DNA from: Candidatus Hodarchaeota archaeon
GTDB lineage: Archaea; Asgardarchaeota; Heimdallarchaeia; Hodarchaeales; Hodarchaeaceae
Assembly: GCA_016839815.1 (NCBI GenBank)
Contig: JAEOTM010000041.1
Coordinates: 32,001 to 96,000 of the forward strand
Direction of reading: 5' to 3'
DNA: 64,000 nt
Under the pieces are notes generated by a model. It did not search any database, was not told where the DNA came from, and saw nothing but the letters and a program-made list of their open reading frames with translations. A program made the position numbers and the translations under genes. Positions 9,579 to 19,942 of the stretch are shown in pieces; position 1 is the first letter of the stretch, and each line of letters begins with the position of its first letter.

Positions 9579-12302
9579 ATGGATCACTTAATTCTCGAAC
9601 TTTCGGAATTAGCTAAAATTGAACTCCCCTTAGTTTTAGTTGGAGGGAAAGCTGCTAATTTAGGAAAACTCATTAAATATGGATTTCAAGTCCCTGATGG
9701 CATAATCATAACTACAAATGTATACGACCAATTTATTGAGAATAATGGTCTAAAAGAAGATATTACTAAAGAATTGGATTTAATTGATTATTCAGACATA
9801 AATACTATTGAAAAAACTGCTAAGAATATCCAAGAGTCCATCAGAAAGGCTTTACTCCCTCCTCAGCTTACAAAATTCATACTTAATAATGAAAGAATTG
9901 ACAAATTATCGCCAATTGCTATTAGATCATCTGCTACTGCCGAAGATCTTCCTACCGCATCTTTTGCAGGACAACAAGAAACTTTTCTTAATGTCCATGA
10001 GAAAAATCAAATTCTCCATTATATAAAAGAATGTTTTGCATCTTTATGGAGTACTCGGACGATTGTGTACCGGAACCAACATAAAATCCCTCAAGAAACA
10101 GTAAAACTTGCTATAATTTTACAAATGATGATTTCAGGTGTTAGTGCTGGAGTTATCTTCACCCAAAGTCCATTCTCACCTAATAAAGATGATATATTAA
10201 TTGAATCTACACAAGGATTAGGTGAATCCTTAGTTTCAGGCCAGATTTCTCCCGATCAATTCAGTATTAGAAGGCGTGAAATTCAATCTAAAGAGAGTTT
10301 TGAAATTATTTCAAGGGAAATCACTCATAAAGAGTTCATCTTTAAGAATGGAGAAGTAGGTATTGAAAAAATTCCCCTTTCAGTAGAGGAACAGACTGAA
10401 CCTTCTATTTCTGATGAACAAGTTCTTCATTTAGCAGACATAAGTAAAAAAATTGAAAATTCGTTTGGCTCACCACAAGACATAGAATGGGTCTACAGCA
10501 GTGAAAATATACTTTATATTACTCAATCTCGGCCAATCACAACAACTCAATTAGCTATAAACCAGAAGGATGCTACATTCTGGACTAGAGGATATGCTGA
10601 TGATTACTGGAATGATCCTACGTCTCCATTATTTTTTGATCTTTTAGGAACTCAATTAAAATTAATTGTCAATACTGAATTAAATAGCATAATGGGTTAT
10701 CCAAAGATCAGTGATGAGCTTCTATATTTACATCATAGTCATGTTTATTTCAATCTTGAGACTTTAATGAGAAAAGTAGAGTATGAAATCCCTCCATTTA
10801 TTCGAACAGATGATGTTTTGAATTATTTTCCTGAAGGATCAGGAGTTTATGGAAAAAAAACCGTGCGTAAAATGCCTTTTCGGTTGGGTAAACGCATTAT
10901 CTCTGAACTAAGAGTCATACTTCATGATAATGCAAATGGATCAATCCTAAATACAGCTAAAACTTATCAAAAATGGACAGAGGAAGAATTCTGGCCTTTC
11001 TGTAAAGAATTTGATAGCCTATTGTCAAAATATGTAAAAAAGGGAAAAATCACGACAATTATAGAATTAGGAGATACTCTTGAACATAAAATGGCATCAC
11101 ACTTTCGAATGGTCAGATATGGGATACCTGTCCACAATATTGGGATGAATCTACTTTCGACTTACCTCTTGACCCGTTTTATCGGAAAAGATCTCGCTAG
11201 AGGGTTATACCCGATTTTGATCTCAGGATTATGGCATAAAGCGTCCGAAACGAATGAACAAGTACAAAATCTCGCAGCAAAAGGTTTTTCGTATCCAAAA
11301 TTACTACATCTCATTCAAAACAACGAATCTGTAAAGCTCTATTCAATTTTGAAAAATAATCATGAAGATGCCAGAGTTAAAGCATTCATAGATAGTCTGG
11401 AGGAGTTCTTACAACTATATGGAGATAGAGGTTTTGCACGAGAAATGTGTTATCCACGATGGAGAGAAGATCCTTCTTATGTGTTGGATCAAATAAAGGG
11501 CCTTGTAAATGATCAGAAGGTGGATACCAATATGCTAAAGACTCAAAGTATGAAACGACGACAACGAGTAGAGGGTTTTGTAGCTTATAGGATACGATCA
11601 ACTCGTTTTGGCTTTTTGAAGTATAAATTCTTTCATACGGTCCTAAACTTGGCTCGAAAATACATAATTTTTCGAGAAAATCAGCGATACAATCTTGACA
11701 AGTGGATTACTAGGAATAGAAACTTGTATCTGGAAATTGGGAAGGATATGGTAGTTAAAGGATATCTAAATGATCCCACAGATATCTTCTTTTTGTATAA
11801 GCGTGAAATACAGAAAATTCTATCCCATTCCATAAACATAAAACCTCAGAAGCTCTTGAGGATTATCCAAAATAGAAAAGATGACTTTAAAAAGTATGAA
11901 TTTGCCATACCACCTAAATTTTTACACGGATTACGTGAATTTGATGATCCTATCTCTAAATCGGATAATAAATATATTTTTAAGGGTATTCCAGCAAGTC
12001 ATGGGACTATTACTGCAAGAACTCTAATTCTTACGGATATTAGACAAGTCTCATCAGTGAAGGCAGGAGACATTCTTATTGTTCCGAAAACAGATCCTGG
12101 ATGGACTCCTATATTTGCAAAAATTGGAGGATTAATTACAGAAACAGGGGGGATTCTTTCTCATGGAGCTGTTGTCAGTCGAGAGTATGGAATTCCGAGT
12201 GTTACCAACGTAATCAATGCTTGTACCATATTTAAGTCTGGTATGACTGTGAGGATAGACGGGACGAAAGGCATTGTCAAAATTCTAAGTGATCCTGATT
12301 AG
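9579..12302 (+). CDS. PEP-utilising dikinase-like phosphotransferase (rifampin phosphotransferase/PigC architecture)
   Basis: N-terminal ATP-grasp (GGKAANL, RSSATAED..SFAGQQET, QDIEW, QSRPIT), large helical middle domain, C-terminal His swivel (TDPGWT, GGILSHGAVVSREYGIP). Confidence 0.85.
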   Translation: MDHLILELSELAKIELPLVLVGGKAANLGKLIKYGFQVPDGIIITTNVYDQFIENNGLKEDITKELDLIDYSDINTIEKTAKNIQESIRKALLPPQLTKFILNNERIDKLSPIAIRSSATAEDLPTASFAGQQETFLNVHEKNQILHYIKECFASLWSTRTIVYRNQHKIPQETVKLAIILQMMISGVSAGVIFTQSPFSPNKDDILIESTQGLGESLVSGQISPDQFSIRRREIQSKESFEIISREITHKEFIFKNGEVGIEKIPLSVEEQTEPSISDEQVLHLADISKKIENSFGSPQDIEWVYSSENILYITQSRPITTTQLAINQKDATFWTRGYADDYWNDPTSPLFFDLLGTQLKLIVNTELNSIMGYPKISDELLYLHHSHVYFNLETLMRKVEYEIPPFIRTDDVLNYFPEGSGVYGKKTVRKMPFRLGKRIISELRVILHDNANGSILNTAKTYQKWTEEEFWPFCKEFDSLLSKYVKKGKITTIIELGDTLEHKMASHFRMVRYGIPVHNIGMNLLSTYLLTRFIGKDLARGLYPILISGLWHKASETNEQVQNLAAKGFSYPKLLHLIQNNESVKLYSILKNNHEDARVKAFIDSLEEFLQLYGDRGFAREMCYPRWREDPSYVLDQIKGLVNDQKVDTNMLKTQSMKRRQRVEGFVAYRIRSTRFGFLKYKFFHTVLNLARKYIIFRENQRYNLDKWITRNRNLYLEIGKDMVVKGYLNDPTDIFFLYKREIQKILSHSINIKPQKLLRIIQNRKDDFKKYEFAIPPKFLHGLREFDDPISKSDNKYIFKGIPASHGTITARTLILTDIRQVSSVKAGDILIVPKTDPGWTPIFAKIGGLITETGGILSHGAVVSREYGIPSVTNVINACTIFKSGMTVRIDGTKGIVKILSDPD

Positions 12303-12421
12303 TCCCAATTACAAGTGTAGAAATAAATGAGTGATGGGTGGGATCTGTGAAGACTTTTGGGATTGATGAGGGAACAAATTTTTCTGATACATATGAGATT
12401 GTATGATTCGGAGAAATTTCA

Positions 12422-13786
12422 ATGGATTCAGATGCGAACATTGTAATAATCGGTGCAGGAAGTGCCAGTTTTGGCTTAGATAATTTAAGCGGCATTATTG
12501 CTCATGAAGATCTACAAAATACAACCCTAAAGCTTGTAGATATTAATGAACAGAATTTAAACGCGATAAAAGCCTTAGGAAAGGTTATGAAGCATAAATG
12601 GGACTCAAGCATTGAAATTCTATCCTATCTTGATAGAAAGCAAGCTCTTATCGATGCTGATTACGTAATACTATCGGTTGCTATTGACCGCGAAGAAACT
12701 TGGTTGAAGGATTTTCAAATTGCACAGAAATATGGTTATTACCATTATGCAGAAAATGGTCTGATGGGATCCTTTGGACATACCGCAAGGGGATTAGCAA
12801 TCATTATGCCAATTTTAAATGATATTCATGATCTAGCTCCTGATAGTTGGCTCATTAACTTTACCAATCCAGTCCCTAGAATTGGTTACGCAGCAGAATA
12901 TGCTGGAATAAAATCTATTGGTTTATGTCATCAAATCTGGCATGGATATGGAATTCTTGGCATGTATCTAGCTAATGACTTAGGAATCACAGAAAATCTT
13001 GACCTCGAAGTAAAATGGACAGATGAAAGCCAACAGAAATTTTCTAAGTTTGTGATAGAAGCAGCTGGAGAGTTCGATATAAAAGCAGCTGGCTTAAATC
13101 ATTTTGCTTGGATGATGGATGTAAGAAGGCTAGATACCAATGAAGATGTCTATCCACTGGTTCGTCAAGAAGCAGAGAAAGTCCACCCAAATTTTGAACC
13201 TTTAACCAAACACATATACGATATTTTTGGATTATTACCCATTGTAGGGGATTGTCATCTTATTGAATATCTACCGTATACTTTTTCAAAAGAAAATTGG
13301 GAGATGTATCGTATTCAGCTATATGATTTTGAGAGGGGTAAGAAATCACGAGAACAAATGTGGAATCGGATAAATGATATTATTTCAGGGAAAAGAGAAC
13401 TAGATATCCAGCCTAATCCTACAGAAAGAGCAGATGCTATTATTGGAGAGATACTTACCAATTCAAATACTTATGAACAATCAGTTAATATAGTAAATAG
13501 AGGTACCATCTCAAATCTCCCCGATGATGCCATTGTAGAAGCTCCAGCACTAGTTAACTCCTATGGAATCACAGGAATGAAAATGGGAAAATTACCAGAA
13601 GCAATTGCAGCTCTTTGTCAACGTGAAATATCAATTGCTAAATTGATAACCAAAAGTTCAATTTTAGGAGATAGAGAAGCGGCACTCCAAGCGTTTGCAT
13701 TAATGCTTCCTGATTTGTCATTAGCTGAACAGATGCTCGATGATTATCTGGTAACCCATAAAAAATATCTCCCCCAATTCTCATGA
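12422..13786 (+). CDS. Glycoside hydrolase family 4 (alpha-galactosidase/glucosidase-like)
   Basis: IGAGSASF, NFTNP, GLCH, AGLNH, NLPDDAIVEAP. Confidence 0.9.
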   Translation: MDSDANIVIIGAGSASFGLDNLSGIIAHEDLQNTTLKLVDINEQNLNAIKALGKVMKHKWDSSIEILSYLDRKQALIDADYVILSVAIDREETWLKDFQIAQKYGYYHYAENGLMGSFGHTARGLAIIMPILNDIHDLAPDSWLINFTNPVPRIGYAAEYAGIKSIGLCHQIWHGYGILGMYLANDLGITENLDLEVKWTDESQQKFSKFVIEAAGEFDIKAAGLNHFAWMMDVRRLDTNEDVYPLVRQEAEKVHPNFEPLTKHIYDIFGLLPIVGDCHLIEYLPYTFSKENWEMYRIQLYDFERGKKSREQMWNRINDIISGKRELDIQPNPTERADAIIGEILTNSNTYEQSVNIVNRGTISNLPDDAIVEAPALVNSYGITGMKMGKLPEAIAALCQREISIAKLITKSSILGDREAALQAFALMLPDLSLAEQMLDDYLVTHKKYLPQFS

Positions 13787-13797
13787 TGGCATATTGA

Positions 13798-14145
13798 TTA
13801 AGCTGGTTCCCAAACGAATCCAGAAATTGCCCGATTATCAATGGTTCGTACTTCTTTCCATGTAGCAACAAGATTCATGCCAATCCGAAGAGATTCGAGG
13901 TTATCTACCGCAAGCTGACCTGTGTATCGAACCTCACCAAGATCAACTATTCCCAAAAACAACGAACGAGTACTTATTCCAGTTGGGGGTGCTTTCAATT
14001 GCGTAAATGTAACCAATGTTCCTTGTTTTGATAGGGGTACTTCGTCAAACTCGCGATGTTTGCATTGTAGACATCGACCATGACGTGGATAATGCATTTT
14101 TCCACAATTAAGACATTTAAATCCAGTAGGTATACGTTCAGACAT
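13798..14145 (-). CDS. DUF35 Zn-ribbon/OB-fold protein (thiolase partner)
   Basis: CLNCG..HYP...CLQC followed by an OB fold (GTLVTFT..., LRIGM); likely start MSERIP. Confidence 0.9.
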   Translation of the reverse strand: MSERIPTGFKCLNCGKMHYPRHGRCLQCKHREFDEVPLSKQGTLVTFTQLKAPPTGISTRSLFLGIVDLGEVRYTGQLAVDNLESLRIGMNLVATWKEVRTIDNRAISGFVWEPA

Positions 14146-14152
14146 TTTTATT

Positions 14153-15340
14153 TTACTCCTCAAGACGAGATAAGATCGTCGACACTACATTATTCCCAAA
14201 TCCACCGAAATTTACAGCATATCCATGGGTCGGGTTATTAGGAACTTGCCTTTCTCCTGCTTCTCCTCGTAATTGCCATACCAATTCACATATTTGAGCT
14301 ACTCCCGTAGCTCCTACAGGATGACCGCGTGCTTTTAATCCTCCCGAAGTATTTACTGGAAATTTTCCTGAAAGCTCTGTTTCTCCTTCACGAATGGCCA
14401 AATGGGCCTTACCACGTTCGTAAAATCCTGCAGATTCTAATTCGGCTAATTCCAGAATCTCAAATGCATCATGAATTTCTGCAAAATCAATATCTGCATG
14501 AGATAATCCAGCCATGGTGAATGCTTGATCTGAAGCAAGTTTTACTGCTTTCAAAAAAGTAGGATCCTCTCGTTCATGCACAGCCATTGTATCCATCGCC
14601 TGTCCTGTACCAGCAAATTTGATTAGAGGCCTCCTTTGAATTTCTCGAGCTTTTTCCATTGAACACATAATAAGTGCTGCAGCACCATCGGTCACAGGAC
14701 ACATATCATAGAGATGAAGTGGATCAGCGATCATTGGATTGTTAAGACTCGCTTCTCTACTTGTTAAAATTCCCTCCATGGTTATATTTTGCTGGATATG
14801 GGCATGTGGATTCTTTAAGCCATTTTGGTGATTTTTAATGGCCACTCTTGCAAGATCTTCTGATGTCACTCCATATTTTTCGAAATATAATCTTGCTAGT
14901 AATGCTCCTAGACTTGGAAAAGTAATACCATAGATATATTCTGCTTCTGGATGTGCCATGGTAGCTACAAAGTCTGTAACTACCGGTCCTGGAGCTACTC
15001 GCATTTTTTCTCCACCTGTAATCATCACTACATCATGTAGGCCTGAAGCAATGGCCATGTAGCCAATGCGTGCAGCTGTTGCTCCAGAAGCAGGCCCATT
15101 TTCAATAGAAGCTCCGACAGCTGGAAAAAGGTTGAGATAATCAATCAAGGCAGAGCCTAAAGCCGTCTGATTATTAATCCTTCCTGCTCCCATATTTGCT
15201 ACGAAGACTGCATCAATCTCATCAGTTCCCGCATCATCAATTGCTGATAGAGAGGCTTCAGCCATCATCTCAATGAGAGAACCGCTGTATTTTCCCCAGC
15301 GACTTCCCATTCCAACGCCAATAATGGCAACGTCACGCAT
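14153..15340 (-). CDS. SCP2-type thiolase-family protein lacking the nucleophilic Cys
   Basis: MRDVAIIGVG, KNH.NG..NP.AH, HDAF, SGGLKARGHPVGATG; ENGPASG in place of ExACASG. Confidence 0.9.
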   Translation of the reverse strand: MRDVAIIGVGMGSRWGKYSGSLIEMMAEASLSAIDDAGTDEIDAVFVANMGAGRINNQTALGSALIDYLNLFPAVGASIENGPASGATAARIGYMAIASGLHDVVMITGGEKMRVAPGPVVTDFVATMAHPEAEYIYGITFPSLGALLARLYFEKYGVTSEDLARVAIKNHQNGLKNPHAHIQQNITMEGILTSREASLNNPMIADPLHLYDMCPVTDGAAALIMCSMEKAREIQRRPLIKFAGTGQAMDTMAVHEREDPTFLKAVKLASDQAFTMAGLSHADIDFAEIHDAFEILELAELESAGFYERGKAHLAIREGETELSGKFPVNTSGGLKARGHPVGATGVAQICELVWQLRGEAGERQVPNNPTHGYAVNFGGFGNNVVSTILSRLEE

Positions 15341-16069
15341 TTAAAGTCCCTTCAGAAATTCTTCCTTTGATATTCCAGTGATCTGGTAAGTAACATCCTT
15401 AGGTAATAGAATATTCTCTGTAACAGTTTTCAGGTATTCTTCAGGTACTGGTCGATTTTCTGTGCCAAAACAGCGTTCAGGTTTGACGTATGATTCCCAA
15501 TTCTTTCTAGTGAGGACATAAGAAGGTACTCCTCCTATTGGATGCTCAAACTCGAAGTTTTCCTCCAACCGTAATTCTTCCATCCATCTACGAAATCCAA
15601 TATGGGACTCAGCAACGATCTTTACTTCATCATTCTGGAGATAATCCAGGTGATGCTCCATCTTAGCGACAAATAAATGAGCTCCTACACGCAATCCTCT
15701 TTTAAAGGTCATTGTGTGATAAGAAATACCGATCTTAGGATTATTAAAACTTAAATACCCATTTACTAGTCCTAGTACTTCTCCCGTTTCATGAACTTGT
15801 CCCAAGAGGACATATTCATCCTGTACACGATATTGTACATAGGCTAACAATTCGCCTAGAATTCTTGCTCCTACAAGATCATAAAAGTCGTTATTAATCT
15901 TGACAATATCATAAAAGAGTGGAATGACTTTTTTGGTCTCTTCTCTTGTAATCTGACGAACAACCATCTTCGAGCCATCAACAAGATTGATGAATTTAGC
16001 TGGATAGGGATTATTTTCTGGATTTATTTTATTCGGCTTTGGCCTTAGAATATCTTCATCTGCTGACAT
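15341..16069 (-). CDS. Uncharacterised GNAT-like protein, first gene of the thiolase/DUF35 operon
   Basis: Stop abuts the thiolase ATG; RGLRVGAHLF resembles GNAT motif A; likely start MSADED at 16069 (ORF track begins 16222). Confidence 0.55.
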   Translation of the reverse strand: MSADEDILRPKPNKINPENNPYPAKFINLVDGSKMVVRQITREETKKVIPLFYDIVKINNDFYDLVGARILGELLAYVQYRVQDEYVLLGQVHETGEVLGLVNGYLSFNNPKIGISYHTMTFKRGLRVGAHLFVAKMEHHLDYLQNDEVKIVAESHIGFRRWMEELRLEENFEFEHPIGGVPSYVLTRKNWESYVKPERCFGTENRPVPEEYLKTVTENILLPKDVTYQITGISKEEFLKGL

Positions 16070-16251
16070 TTGTAACAACTCAATATTGCATTTGAATTTC
16101 AATGTGAAATTTGATTCGGTAACTAAGAGGTCTGATTGTAGATTAAAAATCCTTTCTTGCAAATAAAAATATAGTAGTCTGTTTAGAATTCTGGTAAATG
16201 ACGCTTTGGGTAAATTCCGCAAATATCTGGGTTTTTAGAGGAGAACTACAA

Positions 16252-17529
16252 TTGACTATACACTTTACATTAGATGAACAGTGTGCCTTAAAACTGGATT
16301 CAGAGGATCCTCTTGCAGAGTATCGACACCAATTTTATATACCACCAAACATTATCTATTTAGATGGTAACTCCTTAGGGTTGTTTTCGAAAGAAGCTGA
16401 ACAATCTCTAGCTAGAGTAATTGATGAATGGAAACAATTAGCAATCCTCGGATGGTTTAAACCGAAGAAATCCTGGTTCTATTTTGGAGAAGATCTTGGA
16501 GCTTTGGCCTCATCACTAGTTGGAGCAGAACCTAATGAAGTGGTTGCCACAGGGACGACCACAATTAATCTTCACTCCTTAGTAAGTACTTTTTATCATC
16601 CAGAGGAAGGAAAACGTTCTAAGATTATTGCAGATGAGTTAGATTTTCCCACAGATATTTATGCATTGAAAAGTCAAATTAAACTCAAAAACTTAAATCC
16701 TGAGGAACATCTCATACTTGTTCCCAGTGATGATGGACGTACTATTGACGAAAAAAAAATCGTTGAATATATGAATGACGATGTAGCACTAATTCTTTTA
16801 CCTTCGGTTTTATATAGAAGTGGTCAGCTATTCGATATGGAATTTTTAACCAAAGAAGCAAATGACCAGAATATTCCTATTGGATGGGATTGTAGCCATT
16901 CTGTTGGTGTTGTGCCTCATAAATTTAACGAATGGGGTGTAGATTTTGCCTTCTGGTGTAGTTATAAATATTTAAATTCTGGTCCCGGTGGAACTGCATT
17001 TCTTTACCTTAATAAAAAGCATTTTGAGAAAGAGCCAGGATTAGCAGGTTGGTTTGGTTATGAAAAGGATAAACAATTTGACATGTCGTTAGACTTCGTT
17101 CATGCTAAATCTGCAGGAGGATGGCAAATATCGAGCTCAAATATTCTATGTTCAGCTCCAATTGAAGGGGCGTTAAACCTTACACTTAAGGCAGGAATTC
17201 AAAATATTCGGCATAAATCACTACAACAGACAAATTACCTGATTTATCTAGTAGACTCCATTCTTTCAGATGATCCGTATAATTTTCGTGTAGGTACACC
17301 TAGAATTCCTGAAAAAAGATCAGGCCACATAGCTGTCGAGCACGATACTGAAGCTAGGCGTATTACCGATTGTTTGCGAATCAAGTACAATGTTATTAGT
17401 GATTTCCGTCCTCCTAATGTTATAAGACTTGCACCTATTGCGTTATATAATACCTATCACGAGATTTGGTTGGTTGTTCAGGATCTGAAGAAAATAATTG
17501 ATGAAAAAGAATATGAAAAAATCGATTAA
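16252..17529 (+). CDS. kynU: Kynureninase
   Basis: IYLDGNSLG, DFPTD.Y, WDCSHSVG, WCSYKYLNSGPG, GWFG, DFRPP.VIR; TTG at 16252 follows GAGGAG. Confidence 0.95.
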   Translation: MTIHFTLDEQCALKLDSEDPLAEYRHQFYIPPNIIYLDGNSLGLFSKEAEQSLARVIDEWKQLAILGWFKPKKSWFYFGEDLGALASSLVGAEPNEVVATGTTTINLHSLVSTFYHPEEGKRSKIIADELDFPTDIYALKSQIKLKNLNPEEHLILVPSDDGRTIDEKKIVEYMNDDVALILLPSVLYRSGQLFDMEFLTKEANDQNIPIGWDCSHSVGVVPHKFNEWGVDFAFWCSYKYLNSGPGGTAFLYLNKKHFEKEPGLAGWFGYEKDKQFDMSLDFVHAKSAGGWQISSSNILCSAPIEGALNLTLKAGIQNIRHKSLQQTNYLIYLVDSILSDDPYNFRVGTPRIPEKRSGHIAVEHDTEARRITDCLRIKYNVISDFRPPNVIRLAPIALYNTYHEIWLVVQDLKKIIDEKEYEKID

Positions 17530-17570
17530 TCTGGAATACAACCAATCTCAAATCCAAAAATCAAAACAGG

Positions 17571-18833
17571 ATGAATAAAATGAGTCTAGGAATCATAAAT
17601 GCTCGTACAAGGGAAGGAAATTTAGTTAATATTGCAATTCAGGAAGGATTAGTTACAGATATCGTTAATATCGATGAAAAATCTTTTTCCGAGAATGATT
17701 TTGATCAAATAATCGATGCAAAGGATTCTCTAGTAACAGAAAGCTTTATTTCACCTCATATCCATCTAGATAAAGTACTTATCGGAGATATTATTGAACC
17801 AAATCAATCTGGTACCTTGTGGGAAGCTATCCAAAAAACGTGGGAAGTTAAGAGAAATTATACAGTAGAAAACATTAAACAACGAGCTACAGATGTAATT
17901 AATAATCAAATTAAATTTGGAGTAACTAAAATTCGTACCCATGTGGATGTTGATTCAATTGGTAGTCTTATGCCATTAAAAGGATTATTGGCGACCAAGG
18001 ACGAATTTAAAAATGTTATTGATCTGCAAATCGTCGCGTTCCCTCAAGAAGGTATATTAAAAGATGAAGGAACCGAAGAATTATTGGAAAAGGCGCTCGA
18101 AACGGGAGGAAAAGACATGATTCTGGGAGGTATGCCTCATAATGAATTCAATGGTAAGAATTCCAAAAAACATGTCAATATTTTATTATCTATGGCTAAA
18201 AAGTATAACGTTCCCATAGACAGTCATACAGATGAAACAGATGACCCTACTTCCCGTACTCTTCAATATCTAGCTTCAAGAGCAATCGAGGAAAAGTTTG
18301 AGAAAAGCATAACGGTTGATCATATTTGTGCATTATCAGCATATGATGATTATCATGCAGCTCGAGTGATTGATCTGGTTAAAAGGGCAGGAATTAATGT
18401 TGTCACGAATCCTCCCACGAATATGGTACTTCAAGGACGATTAGATACAGGTGCGCAAAGGGTTGGGATTACTAGAGTAAAGGAACTATTAGCTGCAGGC
18501 GTAAATGTGACTATAGGCCAAGATTGTGTTCATGATCCATATTATCCTTTTGGTAAAGGGGATATGTTAGAAGTTGCTAATTTACTGGGTCATGCCGCCA
18601 AAATGACCACATTTTCTGATATCAATACTCTTTATGACACCATAACAAAGAATGCAGCGCAAACCATGGATATTGATCACCAATTCAAGAAAGGAAAACC
18701 TGCAGATATGGTGATCCTATACGGTGTCAAGAATGTCCATGAGGCAATTCGAACAACACCACCAGCTAGAACCACAATCAGGAATGGTAAAATTATATCT
18801 CAAACAGAATACGATTATCATCGCTTTTATTAA
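17571..18833 (+). CDS. codA: Cytosine deaminase-like amidohydrolase
   Basis: HIHLDK, RTHVD, QIVAFPQEG, HTDETDD, GQDCVHDPYYPFG. Confidence 0.85.
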   Translation: MNKMSLGIINARTREGNLVNIAIQEGLVTDIVNIDEKSFSENDFDQIIDAKDSLVTESFISPHIHLDKVLIGDIIEPNQSGTLWEAIQKTWEVKRNYTVENIKQRATDVINNQIKFGVTKIRTHVDVDSIGSLMPLKGLLATKDEFKNVIDLQIVAFPQEGILKDEGTEELLEKALETGGKDMILGGMPHNEFNGKNSKKHVNILLSMAKKYNVPIDSHTDETDDPTSRTLQYLASRAIEEKFEKSITVDHICALSAYDDYHAARVIDLVKRAGINVVTNPPTNMVLQGRLDTGAQRVGITRVKELLAAGVNVTIGQDCVHDPYYPFGKGDMLEVANLLGHAAKMTTFSDINTLYDTITKNAAQTMDIDHQFKKGKPADMVILYGVKNVHEAIRTTPPARTTIRNGKIISQTEYDYHRFY

Positions 18834-18843
18834 TTTCAGAGTT

Positions 18844-19335
18844 TTATAAAGTTAAAATAAACAAAACTAGCCATCCAAAATAAATAAAAAGTTCTAGAAG
18901 TATCGCAATTTGTGAATGGGTATAATTTGGAAGTCGTTTAAACAAAACACTACGAATTTTATCTGCAATTGGATGTAAATAATACTTTCTACCCCATTCA
19001 GGTTGGGATGTTCGTCTTGCGTAATTTCTCAGAAAATACCAGTCCCAGATGTCTACAAAGTTGGCCGCAAGCATCCCAATCCAGTAGTCTTGGAAATAAA
19101 TTACTATGAGTAGAAAACCAAATGCAAAGACGAATATATGCCAGGATAACCAAAATCTTCCTGTTTGTCGAGAAGTAGGATGATAGGTGATCTTTGCAAA
19201 AGCATCAATAAAAAAGTGAGAGATGACACAGAAAGTAATTATTAAACAAAGATTCAACCATAATGGGAGAGGGATAAACACCATCACTAGATATTGAATG
19301 AAAATACCAGCTAAGACATGTGTAGGTAATTGCAT
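18844..19335 (-). CDS. Membrane-bound putative metal-dependent hydrolase (YdjM-like)
   Basis: N-terminal MQLPTHVLAG, SHFFID, several TM helices. Confidence 0.55.
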   Translation of the reverse strand: MQLPTHVLAGIFIQYLVMVFIPLPLWLNLCLIITFCVISHFFIDAFAKITYHPTSRQTGRFWLSWHIFVFAFGFLLIVIYFQDYWIGMLAANFVDIWDWYFLRNYARRTSQPEWGRKYYLHPIADKIRSVLFKRLPNYTHSQIAILLELFIYFGWLVLFILTL

Positions 19336-19465
19336 CTTCTTGATACTCTGTGAATGGTGCTTCGGTATGAATTGGAGATATTTCACGTATGTTATGATGA
19401 TTTTGGATCGACTAGCAATAAACAGAAATTCCTTAAACTACTGACTCTTAATATTTAATGAATGA

Positions 19466-19924
19466 ATGATGGAATTTAAGATTGATTTTCTATTTGAAGA
19501 CGCGGAAGAAGAAATTAAATCCTTTTTTAAACGAGAATGGCTTTCAGCGAACATACTACACTTCGGTAGGGATATTTCTGAAGAAATCAATAAACCTCTA
19601 ACAGTTGTAGTGCGTAGTGACTCTTCTCCTCCACAACTAGTAGCAGCTGCACGATGCATCATAATGGGGAATACCCTTCGTGTCTCACAGCTACTTGTCA
19701 AGGAAGATTTACGGAAATCACATGGTGTAGGGAGTTTTATACTAAAACAACTTGAAGAACTCGCCAGACACAAGAAATGGCACAAGATTCGTCTTAGCAC
19801 TAGTAAAAAGCACCAAAATATTGAATTTTATAAAAAAAATGGGTATACTGTCGAAGCTAAACTTGAAAATGATGCATTTCAAACCACCTGGTATATCCTA
19901 TCGAAATTTATAGTGAAAGAGTGA
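19466..19924 (+). CDS. GNAT family N-acetyltransferase
   Basis: LLVKEDLRKSHGVGS, EFYKKNGY. Confidence 0.85.
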   Translation: MMEFKIDFLFEDAEEEIKSFFKREWLSANILHFGRDISEEINKPLTVVVRSDSSPPQLVAAARCIIMGNTLRVSQLLVKEDLRKSHGVGSFILKQLEELARHKKWHKIRLSTSKKHQNIEFYKKNGYTVEAKLENDAFQTTWYILSKFIVKE

Positions 19925-19942
19925 ACTAAACGTTTTCTTAGA

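Noticed and set aside
9579-12302. Annotation as PEP synthase (ppsA) or as a true rifampin-resistance gene
   Set aside because: It lacks the C-terminal pyruvate-binding domain of PpsA, and rifampin specificity cannot be inferred from architecture alone.
12325-12390. TGATGA and CTGA boxes suggesting a C/D box sRNA
   Set aside because: No complete C-D'-C'-D arrangement or terminal stem; such short motifs are expected by chance in AT-rich DNA.
14153-15340. Mevalonate-pathway acetoacetyl-CoA thiolase
   Set aside because: The nucleophilic Cys is absent and no HMG-CoA synthase is adjacent.
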